Shown piece by piece: positions 1 through 7,018 of a DNA stretch of 12,827 nucleotides. The translations under genes were made by a program, and so were the position numbers. The notes below the pieces were generated by a model, which was not told the DNA's origin, did no database searches, and saw only the letters and a program-made list of their open reading frames with translations. Position 1 is the stretch's first letter. Each line of letters begins with the position of its first letter. Origin of the DNA: an archaeon (GTDB lineage: Archaea > Iainarchaeota > Iainarchaeia > Iainarchaeales > CSSED10-239); contig JBAWVI010000019.1 in assembly GCA_037147375.1 (NCBI GenBank), positions 1-12,827 on the forward strand. The letters run 5' to 3'.

Positions 1-1122
1 CTTAAGATCACAAACAGGTGGACCAATTACTTGCTTATATCTTGGAAGAACTAAGGTTTCTGTTAAGATTATTAAATAACACTTAGTATCTCCTTCCTTA
101 TAGAAAATATCATTCTTTAAAACATTAAAATCCGAAAATTCAAGATGAGAGATTAATTTTTTTGCATTTTTTCTAACCTTTGACCAAACTACTTCCTTTA
201 ACATATCCTTAACATCAAATTGTATTATTGATAATTCAAAATTATCTAAAAGACCAACCATTTGATGATAGGTTATTTGTTTACTTGGTTTTTTAATAAA
301 TGATTCTTTGTTTGGATGTTGTAAGAAGCTTCTTGAAGCTGCAACAAACATAGATAATTGTTTATCTGAAACTGCACTTGCAACATTTCTATTTTGATCA
401 ACAGGATCAATTACAACAAGTGGATCATTAAATCTTGCAAGGTTTACTTCTTGATCTTTAACTAAAGTAAATTTAATTGGAGTTTCAAAGTTTGCTGCAT
501 GTGTTAAAAGCGTAATGAAATCACCATAAAATAAAATTAATAATTCACATAAATATCCTGAAAACCCAAATACTTCTGAGTCTGCTCCATAACAATCAAT
601 TGCTTTCATGAATTGTTTTAATAATCTAACTTCATCTTTTTGAATAGCTTTCATATTCTTTAAAACAAATAATAAATGAAGAGAAGTTCTATCAACTGCT
701 GAGATTATATCTTCTCCTGGTGCTATCTTGTAAGCTGGAACAATTTCAACCTTATAATTATCAATTACTCCTCTTATGTATGGGTGCTCTGAGTATGCTT
801 TTTCCCAGAAATACCCTTTAAACACTGCTTGACCTATTGCAAGTCCCTCTTCAACAAACTCTTCTCTTTTCATGTCCTTTGGGTATAAAACAAATATATC
901 AAAATCTTTTGTGTTTGCTAAGTTTGTTCCTTTTCCAAAAGAACCAGCAACAATTGCTGATAAGTGTTTACCAGGCATTTTACTAATTTTATGAATAATT
1001 GAATTAACAAATTCCTCTTCATCTGCAACTTGTTTGCTTAAAGGTTTAATTTCTCTTAATATATCTCTACGAGCTAACTTGTAATCTTCAAGCTTAGATT
1101 TATCTATGTTTAATTGAGTCAT
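1..1122 (-). CDS. cca: CCA-adding enzyme (class I archaeal tRNA nucleotidyltransferase), C-terminus cut by the window edge
   Basis: Not in the ORF track because it runs off the window. My own minus-strand translation from the ATG at 1122-1120 is open to base 1 (374 codons). It begins MTQLNIDKSKLEDYKLARRDILREIKP. It contains the class I nucleotidyltransferase signature GSFGKGTNLANTKDFDIFV (G-S-x9-13-D-x-D). Further on are EHPYIRG, VEIVPAY and DRTSLH, as in archaeal CCA enzymes. Confidence 0.85.
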   Translation of the reverse strand, partial: MTQLNIDKSKLEDYKLARRDILREIKPLSKQVADEEEFVNSIIHKISKMPGKHLSAIVAGSFGKGTNLANTKDFDIFVLYPKDMKREEFVEEGLAIGQAVFKGYFWEKAYSEHPYIRGVIDNYKVEIVPAYKIAPGEDIISAVDRTSLHLLFVLKNMKAIQKDEVRLLKQFMKAIDCYGADSEVFGFSGYLCELLILFYGDFITLLTHAANFETPIKFTLVKDQEVNLARFNDPLVVIDPVDQNRNVASAVSDKQLSMFVAASRSFLQHPNKESFIKKPSKQITYHQMVGLLDNFELSIIQFDVKDMLKEVVWSKVRKNAKKLISHLEFSDFNVLKNDIFYKEGDTKCYLIILTETLVLPRYKQVIGPPVCDLK

Positions 1123-1147
1123 ACTTATCTTATTAATATAGTAACAT

Positions 1148-1161
1148 TAATAATATAAACC
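1148..1161. promoter_or_regulatory. TATA-like element (TAATAATATAAACC) in the 59-nt cca/dph2 divergent intergenic region
   Basis: It is the only strong TATA-like stretch between the cca ATG (1122, minus) and the dph2 ATG (1182, plus). Its centre lies about 27 nt from the dph2 ATG and about 32 nt from the cca ATG. No Shine-Dalgarno sequence precedes dph2, which fits leaderless transcripts. Related TAATAATATA-type strings lie about 30 nt upstream of hel308 (6983-6994) and upstream of the radical SAM gene (10033-10044). Confidence 0.35.
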
Positions 1162-1181
1162 TAATCTAATGCATTATATCT

Positions 1182-2144
1182 ATGATTAAAGATGTCTTGT
1201 TTAAGGAACTTAAGAAGATTAAGATTAAAGATAAAAGGATTGCAATTCAGATTCCTGAAGGATTAAAGCAATATTCAACAGAGATACTTGATTATTTTAA
1301 GGATAATAATCCTGTTCTTTTTGTGGATCCTTGTTATGGTGCATGCGATACCAAGGATAAAGAAGCAAAGAAGATGGGTTCTACTCTTTTGATTCATTTT
1401 GGGCATGAGGAAATGGGATCTCAAATTATTAAGACATTATATATTCCTTTAAAATATGAAATTAAAAATTCAGAAGTTAGATATATTATTGATGGTATTA
1501 AAAAACTTAAATTTAAAAAAATTAATTTAGTTACAACTACTCAGTATCTTGATGCAATATCTGGAATCAAGCAAGAGCTTGCAAAAAATAAAATAATTGT
1601 TTGTAAGGGAAAAGAAACAAATAGAGTTAAGGAAAACATGGTACTTGGGTGCGATGCATCCACAATTATTGATAAGACTTCCCCTATTGTGTTTATTGGA
1701 GATGGAGCATTCCACGTAAATAATCTTGCATTTCTTTATTCAACTCAAAAAATATTTGCAATAAGTCCAATACTTAAGGAAACAAAAGAAATTAAAATAA
1801 ATGATGAGTTTATTAGGAAAAGATATGCAATGGTTGGAATTGCAAGAACAAAAACAAAGTTTGGAATACTTGTGTCAAGTAAAGATGGACAAAAAAGATT
1901 AGAGCTTGCATATGAAATTAAAAAATATCTTGAGAAAAATAAGAAACAAGCATATGTGCTTGTAAGTGACTACATTAAAGAAGATTATCTTGTAGGTGTA
2001 AATATTGAATGTTACATTAATACAGCTTGCCCTAGAATAACATATGATGATAGTTCCTCTTTTAGAAAACCAATCATTTCAGCAAGCGAAGGATTAACCT
2101 TATTTGATAAAGAAAAAGAAATAAAGATTGATCAAATAAACTAA
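1182..2144 (+). CDS. dph2: 2-(3-amino-3-carboxypropyl)histidine synthase Dph2 (diphthamide biosynthesis, non-canonical radical SAM)
   Basis: 320 aa. N-terminal IAIQIPEGLK motif is typical of Dph1/Dph2. Cysteines sit in DPCYGACD (about residues 51 and 55), VLGCDAS (about 157) and NTACPRI (about 283). This spacing resembles the three cluster-ligating Cys of archaeal Dph2. Length matches archaeal Dph2. Confidence 0.85.
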   Translation: MIKDVLFKELKKIKIKDKRIAIQIPEGLKQYSTEILDYFKDNNPVLFVDPCYGACDTKDKEAKKMGSTLLIHFGHEEMGSQIIKTLYIPLKYEIKNSEVRYIIDGIKKLKFKKINLVTTTQYLDAISGIKQELAKNKIIVCKGKETNRVKENMVLGCDASTIIDKTSPIVFIGDGAFHVNNLAFLYSTQKIFAISPILKETKEIKINDEFIRKRYAMVGIARTKTKFGILVSSKDGQKRLELAYEIKKYLEKNKKQAYVLVSDYIKEDYLVGVNIECYINTACPRITYDDSSSFRKPIISASEGLTLFDKEKEIKIDQIN

Positions 2145-2145
2145 T

Positions 2146-2973
2146 TTAAATATTTTGATCAATGTTTGTGTCTATTGGAATATTTGTATCTTGCGGGATA
2201 TTTGCATCAATTGGGATGTTTGCATCAACAGGGGCATTTGCATCAACTTGTGTGTTTGCATCAATTGAATTAATATCGCTATTCATGTTTATCTTAAAAT
2301 TATTTATTGAATCTTCAATTGCTGCTATATCCTTAAATAATAAACCAGTTGTTAAGGTTACTGCTCTTTGAAGCTCATCTTTTGTTTTTGTTTGAATGTA
2401 AATATATCTTTGACCAATATTTGCATTAACAATTACTGTTGATTCTTTTAAATTTTCTTTTGGAAAATCAATAATTATTTCTGTTATTCCTGAATTTAAT
2501 AAAGCAGAACATTCTTCTTTTGTAAGTTCCTTATTTTCATAATAGTTACCAAGATTTGATTGACAACTTATAGTTCCTCTCTTTTCATCCATAACATTAA
2601 CTATAATTGTTACGTTCTTGTTCTTATATGAAAGAACTGTTAAAAGATAAGTTAATTGCTGAGTTATTTGACTTAGGTTATTCATATCTTCTGGAAGAAC
2701 ATTTAAAACAAGATAAATGTTTTGATCCTTTGATAAACTCTCCATAGCATCTGCTAAATAAAAGTCTCCTGATCTAAAAGTTATTCCACTTTCTTTATCT
2801 ACAAAACCATACTTATTATTTTGTATAAATGTAAACACAAAGTAAGCAAGCACAAGAAGAATTAATATTACTATTACGTAAATAAAAATATTTTTTTTAA
2901 CTTTCTTATCTTTTGCTTGTTGCTTAATTTCTTTTGCTGTTTGTATCTTTGCTTGTGAGATAACTTGTTCCAT
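2146..2973 (-). CDS. Membrane-anchored protein of unknown function with C-terminal hexapeptide repeats
   Basis: 275 aa. Lys-rich N-terminus followed by one hydrophobic helix (IFIYVIVILILLVLAYFVFTFI). Then a roughly 170-aa domain I do not recognise, and a C-terminal xDANxP/xDTNxP repeat. GTGAT Shine-Dalgarno-like sequence just upstream of the ATG. Lies 13 nt downstream of the Fap7-like gene on the same strand. Confidence 0.6.
   Translation of the reverse strand: MEQVISQAKIQTAKEIKQQAKDKKVKKNIFIYVIVILILLVLAYFVFTFIQNNKYGFVDKESGITFRSGDFYLADAMESLSKDQNIYLVLNVLPEDMNNLSQITQQLTYLLTVLSYKNKNVTIIVNVMDEKRGTISCQSNLGNYYENKELTKEECSALLNSGITEIIIDFPKENLKESTVIVNANIGQRYIYIQTKTKDELQRAVTLTTGLLFKDIAAIEDSINNFKINMNSDINSIDANTQVDANAPVDANIPIDANIPQDTNIPIDTNIDQNI
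2165..2272 (-). repeat. Six imperfect 18-bp tandem units (plus strand tttgcatcaaNNNNNNNN) encoding a hexapeptide repeat
   Basis: Units start at 2165, 2183, 2201, 2219, 2237 and 2255. The last four share an exact tttgcatcaa core. They translate on the minus strand to IDANTQ VDANAP VDANIP IDANIP QDTNIP IDTNID. Confidence 0.85.
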
Positions 2974-2986
2974 AAAATCACTTTTT

Positions 2987-3481
2987 TTATTTTAAATTTA
3001 ATTTACTTTTTAATTCTTTGATATTCTTAACTTCGTTTGTTATTGTGTTAATCAATATATATTTTATACCCTTACTATTTAAAATTGTTTCAATATACTT
3101 AGTCTCTTCACAAAATAGATTTTCTTCTATTTTTATTTGGGAATAATTTCTTTCTTCATATCTTTTTCTAAGTAACTTAGGATCTGTATTGAGAAAAACT
3201 ATTTTTTTAAATTGCATTAAATTGCTTTTAGACATCTCTCCCCACAAATGGCCTTCAAAGATCATGTTCTCATTCTTGTTCTTTCTGATGAACTTACTAA
3301 ATTCTTTATTAAGTTTAGTAATATCAACTATGTATTCATTTTCTTTCTTACTTTCTTCACCAAGATTATTTAATTTAGAAAACTCTTTATCATTTACAAC
3401 CTTAAATGAATATTCATGTCCAAGAATAAAAGATAGAGTGGACTTTCCAGTCCCTGGATAACCAGTAATTAAATAAAACAT
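2987..3481 (-). CDS. Fap7/AK6-like P-loop nucleoside-monophosphate kinase (putative archaeal adenylate kinase, small-subunit rRNA maturation factor family)
   Basis: 164 aa. Walker A is ITGYPGTGKST at the extreme N-terminus. IFEGHLWGE corresponds to the (V/I)DGH motif. RKRYEERNYSQIKIEENLFCEE resembles the RL-x-RGY-x-x-KI-x-EN segment of Fap7/AK6. Size and layout fit COG1936-type proteins. Confidence 0.65.
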   Translation of the reverse strand: MFYLITGYPGTGKSTLSFILGHEYSFKVVNDKEFSKLNNLGEESKKENEYIVDITKLNKEFSKFIRKNKNENMIFEGHLWGEMSKSNLMQFKKIVFLNTDPKLLRKRYEERNYSQIKIEENLFCEETKYIETILNSKGIKYILINTITNEVKNIKELKSKLNLK

Positions 3482-3503
3482 AGTTAATTATCTCTCTATA
3501 AAT

Positions 3504-5396
3504 TTATCTAAGTCTTACACTTTCAAGATTTTGTATTGACATTGTATTAATATGGAACTTCTTTTGTATGAATTTACCAAACTCTGTACAAGAATCACCA
3601 TGATTAATAAGTATGTCTTTTGGTTTTGGATGAAGTGTTGCTATATAGTTTAATAGTTCTTGTCTATATGAGTGACCAGAGAATGCATCTGCAGTTTCTA
3701 TTCTCATATTTACGTTTAATGTTTTGGTTCTGTTGTTTGAATCAGCAATTGGCATTGATTTCATTCCTCTTTGTATCTTGTGTCCTAATGAGTTCTTTGC
3801 TTGATATCCAACGAATGCTAAGGTGTTGTTTGGATTATCTGCAAGCTCATAGAAATAACCAAGAGAGGGTCCACCAGTTAACATTCCTGATGAAGCAATG
3901 ATTACTGCTCCCTTTGTGTTAAGAACTGCTTCTCTATTATTTTCTTCATTATCAACTGACTTGAATAACTTAGATTGGAATGGAGAATTATTTTGCAAGA
4001 TTCTAGTTTTAATATTTTGCTTTAGGTATTCTGGATAAACTGTGTGTATTGCTGATGCTTCACGTGTCATTCCATCAATAAATACATTTTCTGTTTTTAG
4101 TTTACCATGTCTATAAAATTCTTCTAAAACAAGCATAACCTCTTGAGCACGACCAACAGAGAAAACAGGAATTAAAGTTATTCCTCCCTTATCAGTTGTT
4201 TCATTAATTAAATCAATTAAGTCTTGTTCAGATTTCATTCTTGATGGCATAATAAGTTTACCACCATAAGTTGATTCAACAATTAAAGTTTCAAGACGAG
4301 GATAACTTGCATCCATGTTATTGAAAAGTCTTGTGAATCCAAACTTAATATCTCCTGAATAAACTAAATTTAATTTTCCTTCACCTATGTGTAAATGAGC
4401 TGATGCTGAACCTAAGATGTGTGCTGAAGAATGGAAAGTTAATCTTATTCCTGGAGCAATGTCTGTTACTTCTCTAAAGTTTCTTGTAACACAATGCTTG
4501 ATTGTTTCTTTAACATCTTCTTCATCATATAATGGTTCACGTCCACTTTTTACAGATACATCAATTGCATCAAATAATAATAAAGCCATTAAGTCTCTTG
4601 TTGGTTCAGTACAATATACTGGACCTTTATATCCTGCTTTGAAAAGGTAAGGTAAGAAACCAGTGTGATCAATGTGTGCGTGTGTTATAACAACTGCATC
4701 AAGCTCGTCAAGTGGGAATCTTAAAACACCTAAGAAAGGAGTTTCTTCTTGCCTATCAGCTTGATTGATTCCACAATCCATAAGTATTTTTGTGTCTGGT
4801 GTTTCAAGTAAGATTGAACTTCTTCCAACTTCTTGGAAACCACCAAGAGCTGTAACTCTTACCCAGTCTTTAGTACTTACTGGGGGTGAGTATATTTTTC
4901 TTGCAACTTCTTTTAAAAAGTTTTTTCTTTCTTGACTATATTTTAATGTAATGCTTCTAACTTTTTTTAGAATTTCAGATGGCTCTGTTGGAGCTCTTAA
5001 GATTTTTGGTATCCATTTTGTTTCTGTTATAATGTCTTTTGAAACTTGCCCAAGCTTACCAATAACAACTCCTGGTTTGTGAGCTTCAATAATTACTTCT
5101 GAGAAGATTGGATCAAAGAAATAACTTTTAACTCCAGCATCTTCAGGAATTAATTGTTTAATCTTTTGTAAAGCTTCAGCAGGATCCATAAGAACAGATT
5201 TTTCGCTTCTTACGTTAATTCTTTTCTTGAAGGTTTCTGCAATTTCCCCAACTACACTCTTGTTATCAAAATAAATTTCAGGAGTTGTTGTATAGATTGC
5301 AATTTCACTTCCTTCTGCTTCAACCTTTGTATAGTTTACTTTTTTTTCATCAAGCATTTGCATGATTCTTTTTTTAATATCATCGAATATATCCAT
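3504..5396 (-). CDS. aCPSF1/FttA: KH-domain beta-CASP metallo-beta-lactamase ribonuclease (archaeal CPSF73 homologue, transcription termination factor)
   Basis: N-terminal KH region with a GKLG (GxxG) motif. Metallo-beta-lactamase motif VITHAHIDHTG (HxHxDH). A beta-CASP region and a C-terminal HGD follow. The maximal ORF starts at a GTG at 5432. I prefer the ATG at 5396 (MDIFDDIKKRI...) because a GTGA Shine-Dalgarno-like sequence lies about 9 nt upstream. That N-terminus also matches the usual start of aCPSF1 proteins. Confidence 0.88.
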   Translation of the reverse strand: MDIFDDIKKRIMQMLDEKKVNYTKVEAEGSEIAIYTTTPEIYFDNKSVVGEIAETFKKRINVRSEKSVLMDPAEALQKIKQLIPEDAGVKSYFFDPIFSEVIIEAHKPGVVIGKLGQVSKDIITETKWIPKILRAPTEPSEILKKVRSITLKYSQERKNFLKEVARKIYSPPVSTKDWVRVTALGGFQEVGRSSILLETPDTKILMDCGINQADRQEETPFLGVLRFPLDELDAVVITHAHIDHTGFLPYLFKAGYKGPVYCTEPTRDLMALLLFDAIDVSVKSGREPLYDEEDVKETIKHCVTRNFREVTDIAPGIRLTFHSSAHILGSASAHLHIGEGKLNLVYSGDIKFGFTRLFNNMDASYPRLETLIVESTYGGKLIMPSRMKSEQDLIDLINETTDKGGITLIPVFSVGRAQEVMLVLEEFYRHGKLKTENVFIDGMTREASAIHTVYPEYLKQNIKTRILQNNSPFQSKLFKSVDNEENNREAVLNTKGAVIIASSGMLTGGPSLGYFYELADNPNNTLAFVGYQAKNSLGHKIQRGMKSMPIADSNNRTKTLNVNMRIETADAFSGHSYRQELLNYIATLHPKPKDILINHGDSCTEFGKFIQKKFHINTMSIQNLESVRLR

Positions 5397-5500
5397 ATTA
5401 TTTTCACTTATGTTTTTTTTATTAATAACCACTGTAGTTATATCTTATTTTATTTATTAAATTAGTATAATTATTAACCATATAGGTTAATCAAATAGAA

Positions 5501-5520
5501 TTTTATTTATTTAGAAAAAA
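5501..5520 (-). terminator. Oligo-T tract immediately after the psmB stop codon
   Basis: The minus strand reads TTTTTTCTAAATAAATAAAA directly after the stop codon that ends at 5521. Archaeal intrinsic termination uses T-runs of about 5 or more. The 88-nt gap to aCPSF1 also contains a 7-bp inverted repeat (5473-5491, attaacc-atata-ggttaat). Confidence 0.35.
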
Positions 5521-6129
5521 TTAATCGTACTTCACAACAGGAAGCTCTTCTATTCCTTCTTTTCTAATAACAACAACTTTGATTCCATCTCCGCCTGAAA
5601 AGATATCTCTTTTCTTTGCAGCATTGATTGCATAAACTGCAACCTTGATAGCTTCTTGTGTTGTTAAGTTTTCTTTATAGTTAGCATCCATTGTTGATAA
5701 TGCAAGTTCAGTTCCAGAACCTGATGCTGTGTATTTTTTTTCTTCAATTATTCCACCAGCAAGATCCATAGAGTACATTGATAAAGTATTTTCTGAAATT
5801 CCAGCTAAAATGAATTGTGTTAAGAAAGGCATCATCTTGTTTGAGTTTAAAATATTTGATAAAAAAGTACCGCATGCTTTTGTGCTCATACTTCTTTTAT
5901 GTTCAAGTTCATAAAGATTAGCTTGAACCTTTAAGTGTCTTACAAGAACAAGAGCATCTCCAACTCCACCTGCAATTGTCATTGCAATATGATTGTTTAT
6001 TTTATAGATTTTAGTTAAATCAGTGTTAGATGCTAAGTTACCCATTGTTCCTTTCATATCTGCTGCAAGAACGATTGTATCTTTAGCAATTATTCCAACT
6101 GTAGTTGTTCCTGTTTTATAATTTTCCAA
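5521..6129 (-). CDS. psmB: Proteasome beta subunit (20S, Ntn-hydrolase) with short propeptide
   Basis: 202 aa. N-terminus MENYKTG|TTTVGI carries the canonical G/TTTVG processing site and catalytic Thr1. The start codon is TTG (plus-strand caa at 6127-6129). It is preceded by AGGTGA with 6-nt spacing. No in-frame ATG is available upstream of the Thr1 site. Confidence 0.9.
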   Translation of the reverse strand: MENYKTGTTTVGIIAKDTIVLAADMKGTMGNLASNTDLTKIYKINNHIAMTIAGGVGDALVLVRHLKVQANLYELEHKRSMSTKACGTFLSNILNSNKMMPFLTQFILAGISENTLSMYSMDLAGGIIEEKKYTASGSGTELALSTMDANYKENLTTQEAIKVAVYAINAAKKRDIFSGGDGIKVVVIRKEGIEELPVVKYD

Positions 6130-6152
6130 AACAATTCACCTTTCTTTTTAAT

Positions 6153-6836
6153 TTATTCTTTTTTCTTTGAGAAAACTTGTGAGAATTTAATTTTTTCAAG
6201 TTTAGTTGTATTAATTACCATTTCAGCAAATAATTCTTTGAAGTAATCAAATTCCTTTGGAAGTCCAATTGGAAGTTCAACTTCAATCATTTTGTTTGCT
6301 TCAATTATATGATAGCTTAAGTGCTCTGGCTTCATGAAATAAAATACTTTTTCAACAAGAATAGGGACCTTATCTTTGTCTTCCTTATGTATCTTGTTAA
6401 CTGTGATTGTATATTCTAGGTTTCTTCCAGCAAAGATTGGATTGAAATCAACCTTAACTCTTCCACCAGATACAGAAATAACTTTTCCTGATTGATTACC
6501 AATTGTTACTTGCATTCCTGGTTCTGGTCTTATCTTATCTTCTTTAAAATCATTAAAAGGAACTATTTTTGTGTTGTTTGGATTTCTTTCTCCGAAAGCA
6601 TCTTTTTTTAATAAAACAAAAGTATGTGTTTTTCCTGCTTCAATTTCTTTTATCTTGTCTTCAACTGCAGGAAGAAGTTCATTAGTTCCAAAAACAGCTT
6701 TAATAGGTTTATATTCAGCTTTTGGGTTTAGATTATTTTCCTTTGCTAACTTTTCAAAAGTTGTATCAAGCATTTCTTTAGAATCGCTATCTTTTAGTAT
6801 TAAGTCAATCTCTATTATATCGCCTTTTGTTATCAT
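6153..6836 (-). CDS. FKBP-type peptidyl-prolyl cis-trans isomerase (long archaeal FKBP/SlyD-like with insert-in-flap and C-terminal domains)
   Basis: 227 aa. Contains KGD..I.IDL, FDTT-like MLDTT, AFGERNP and VKVDFNPIFAGRNLEYTITV. The last corresponds to the DFNHPLAGK..F motif of SlyD and archaeal FKBPs. Confidence 0.8.
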   Translation of the reverse strand: MITKGDIIEIDLILKDSDSKEMLDTTFEKLAKENNLNPKAEYKPIKAVFGTNELLPAVEDKIKEIEAGKTHTFVLLKKDAFGERNPNNTKIVPFNDFKEDKIRPEPGMQVTIGNQSGKVISVSGGRVKVDFNPIFAGRNLEYTITVNKIHKEDKDKVPILVEKVFYFMKPEHLSYHIIEANKMIEVELPIGLPKEFDYFKELFAEMVINTTKLEKIKFSQVFSKKKE

Positions 6837-7018
6837 TTCTTATCATTTCCTTTTTTTAGTTATAGTTTATCTTAAATCTAAAGAGTAGATATAAGAATTA
6901 AATTAGTATCATAAAATTAGAATTTTAATAATATATTTAAGAAGCAAATAGCTTAAAAAGCTTTCTTTAAGGAGAAAAACCATAATAATATATTAAGTTA
7001 CATAAATATATATGTTAT

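Noticed and set aside
1138-1147. An exact 10-mer, atagtaacat, is shared by the two divergent intergenic regions (1138-1147 and 10018-10027). Each copy is followed by a TAATATAA-like string, which suggested a common operator.
   Set aside because: A rough estimate for sequence this AT-rich gives a chance 10-mer match between these two spacers a probability of order 0.1-0.3. The distances to the flanking start codons also differ (16 and 44 nt versus 29 and 58 nt). This cannot be separated from generic TATA-like composition without more genomes.
2165-2272. Possible CRISPR-like array, because of regularly spaced direct repeats.
   Set aside because: The period is only 18 bp, with a 10-bp core and 8-bp variable parts. 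It lies in frame inside an ORF and translates to a clean hexapeptide repeat. No cas genes are present. It is a coding tandem repeat.
5397-5432. N-terminal extension of aCPSF1 starting at GTG (MVINKKNISENN) as given in the ORF track. The analogous GTG start at 12255 for the small membrane protein is treated the same way.
   Set aside because: In both cases a downstream ATG (5396 and 12246) is preceded by a properly spaced GTGA or AAGGAGTGA Shine-Dalgarno sequence. At 12255 the GTG lies inside that Shine-Dalgarno sequence. The extensions add no conserved residues.
6969-6974. A strong Shine-Dalgarno-like AAGGAG sits in the 182-nt FKBP/hel308 intergenic region, hinting at a missed small ORF. A small hairpin, agctt-aaa-aagct, lies just upstream.
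   Set aside because: No ATG, GTG or TTG lies within 5-12 nt downstream, and the hel308 ATG is 44 nt away. No box C/D (RUGAUGA...CUGA) or other RNA motif was found in this spacer. It is probably a fortuitous purine run or part of a 5' UTR.
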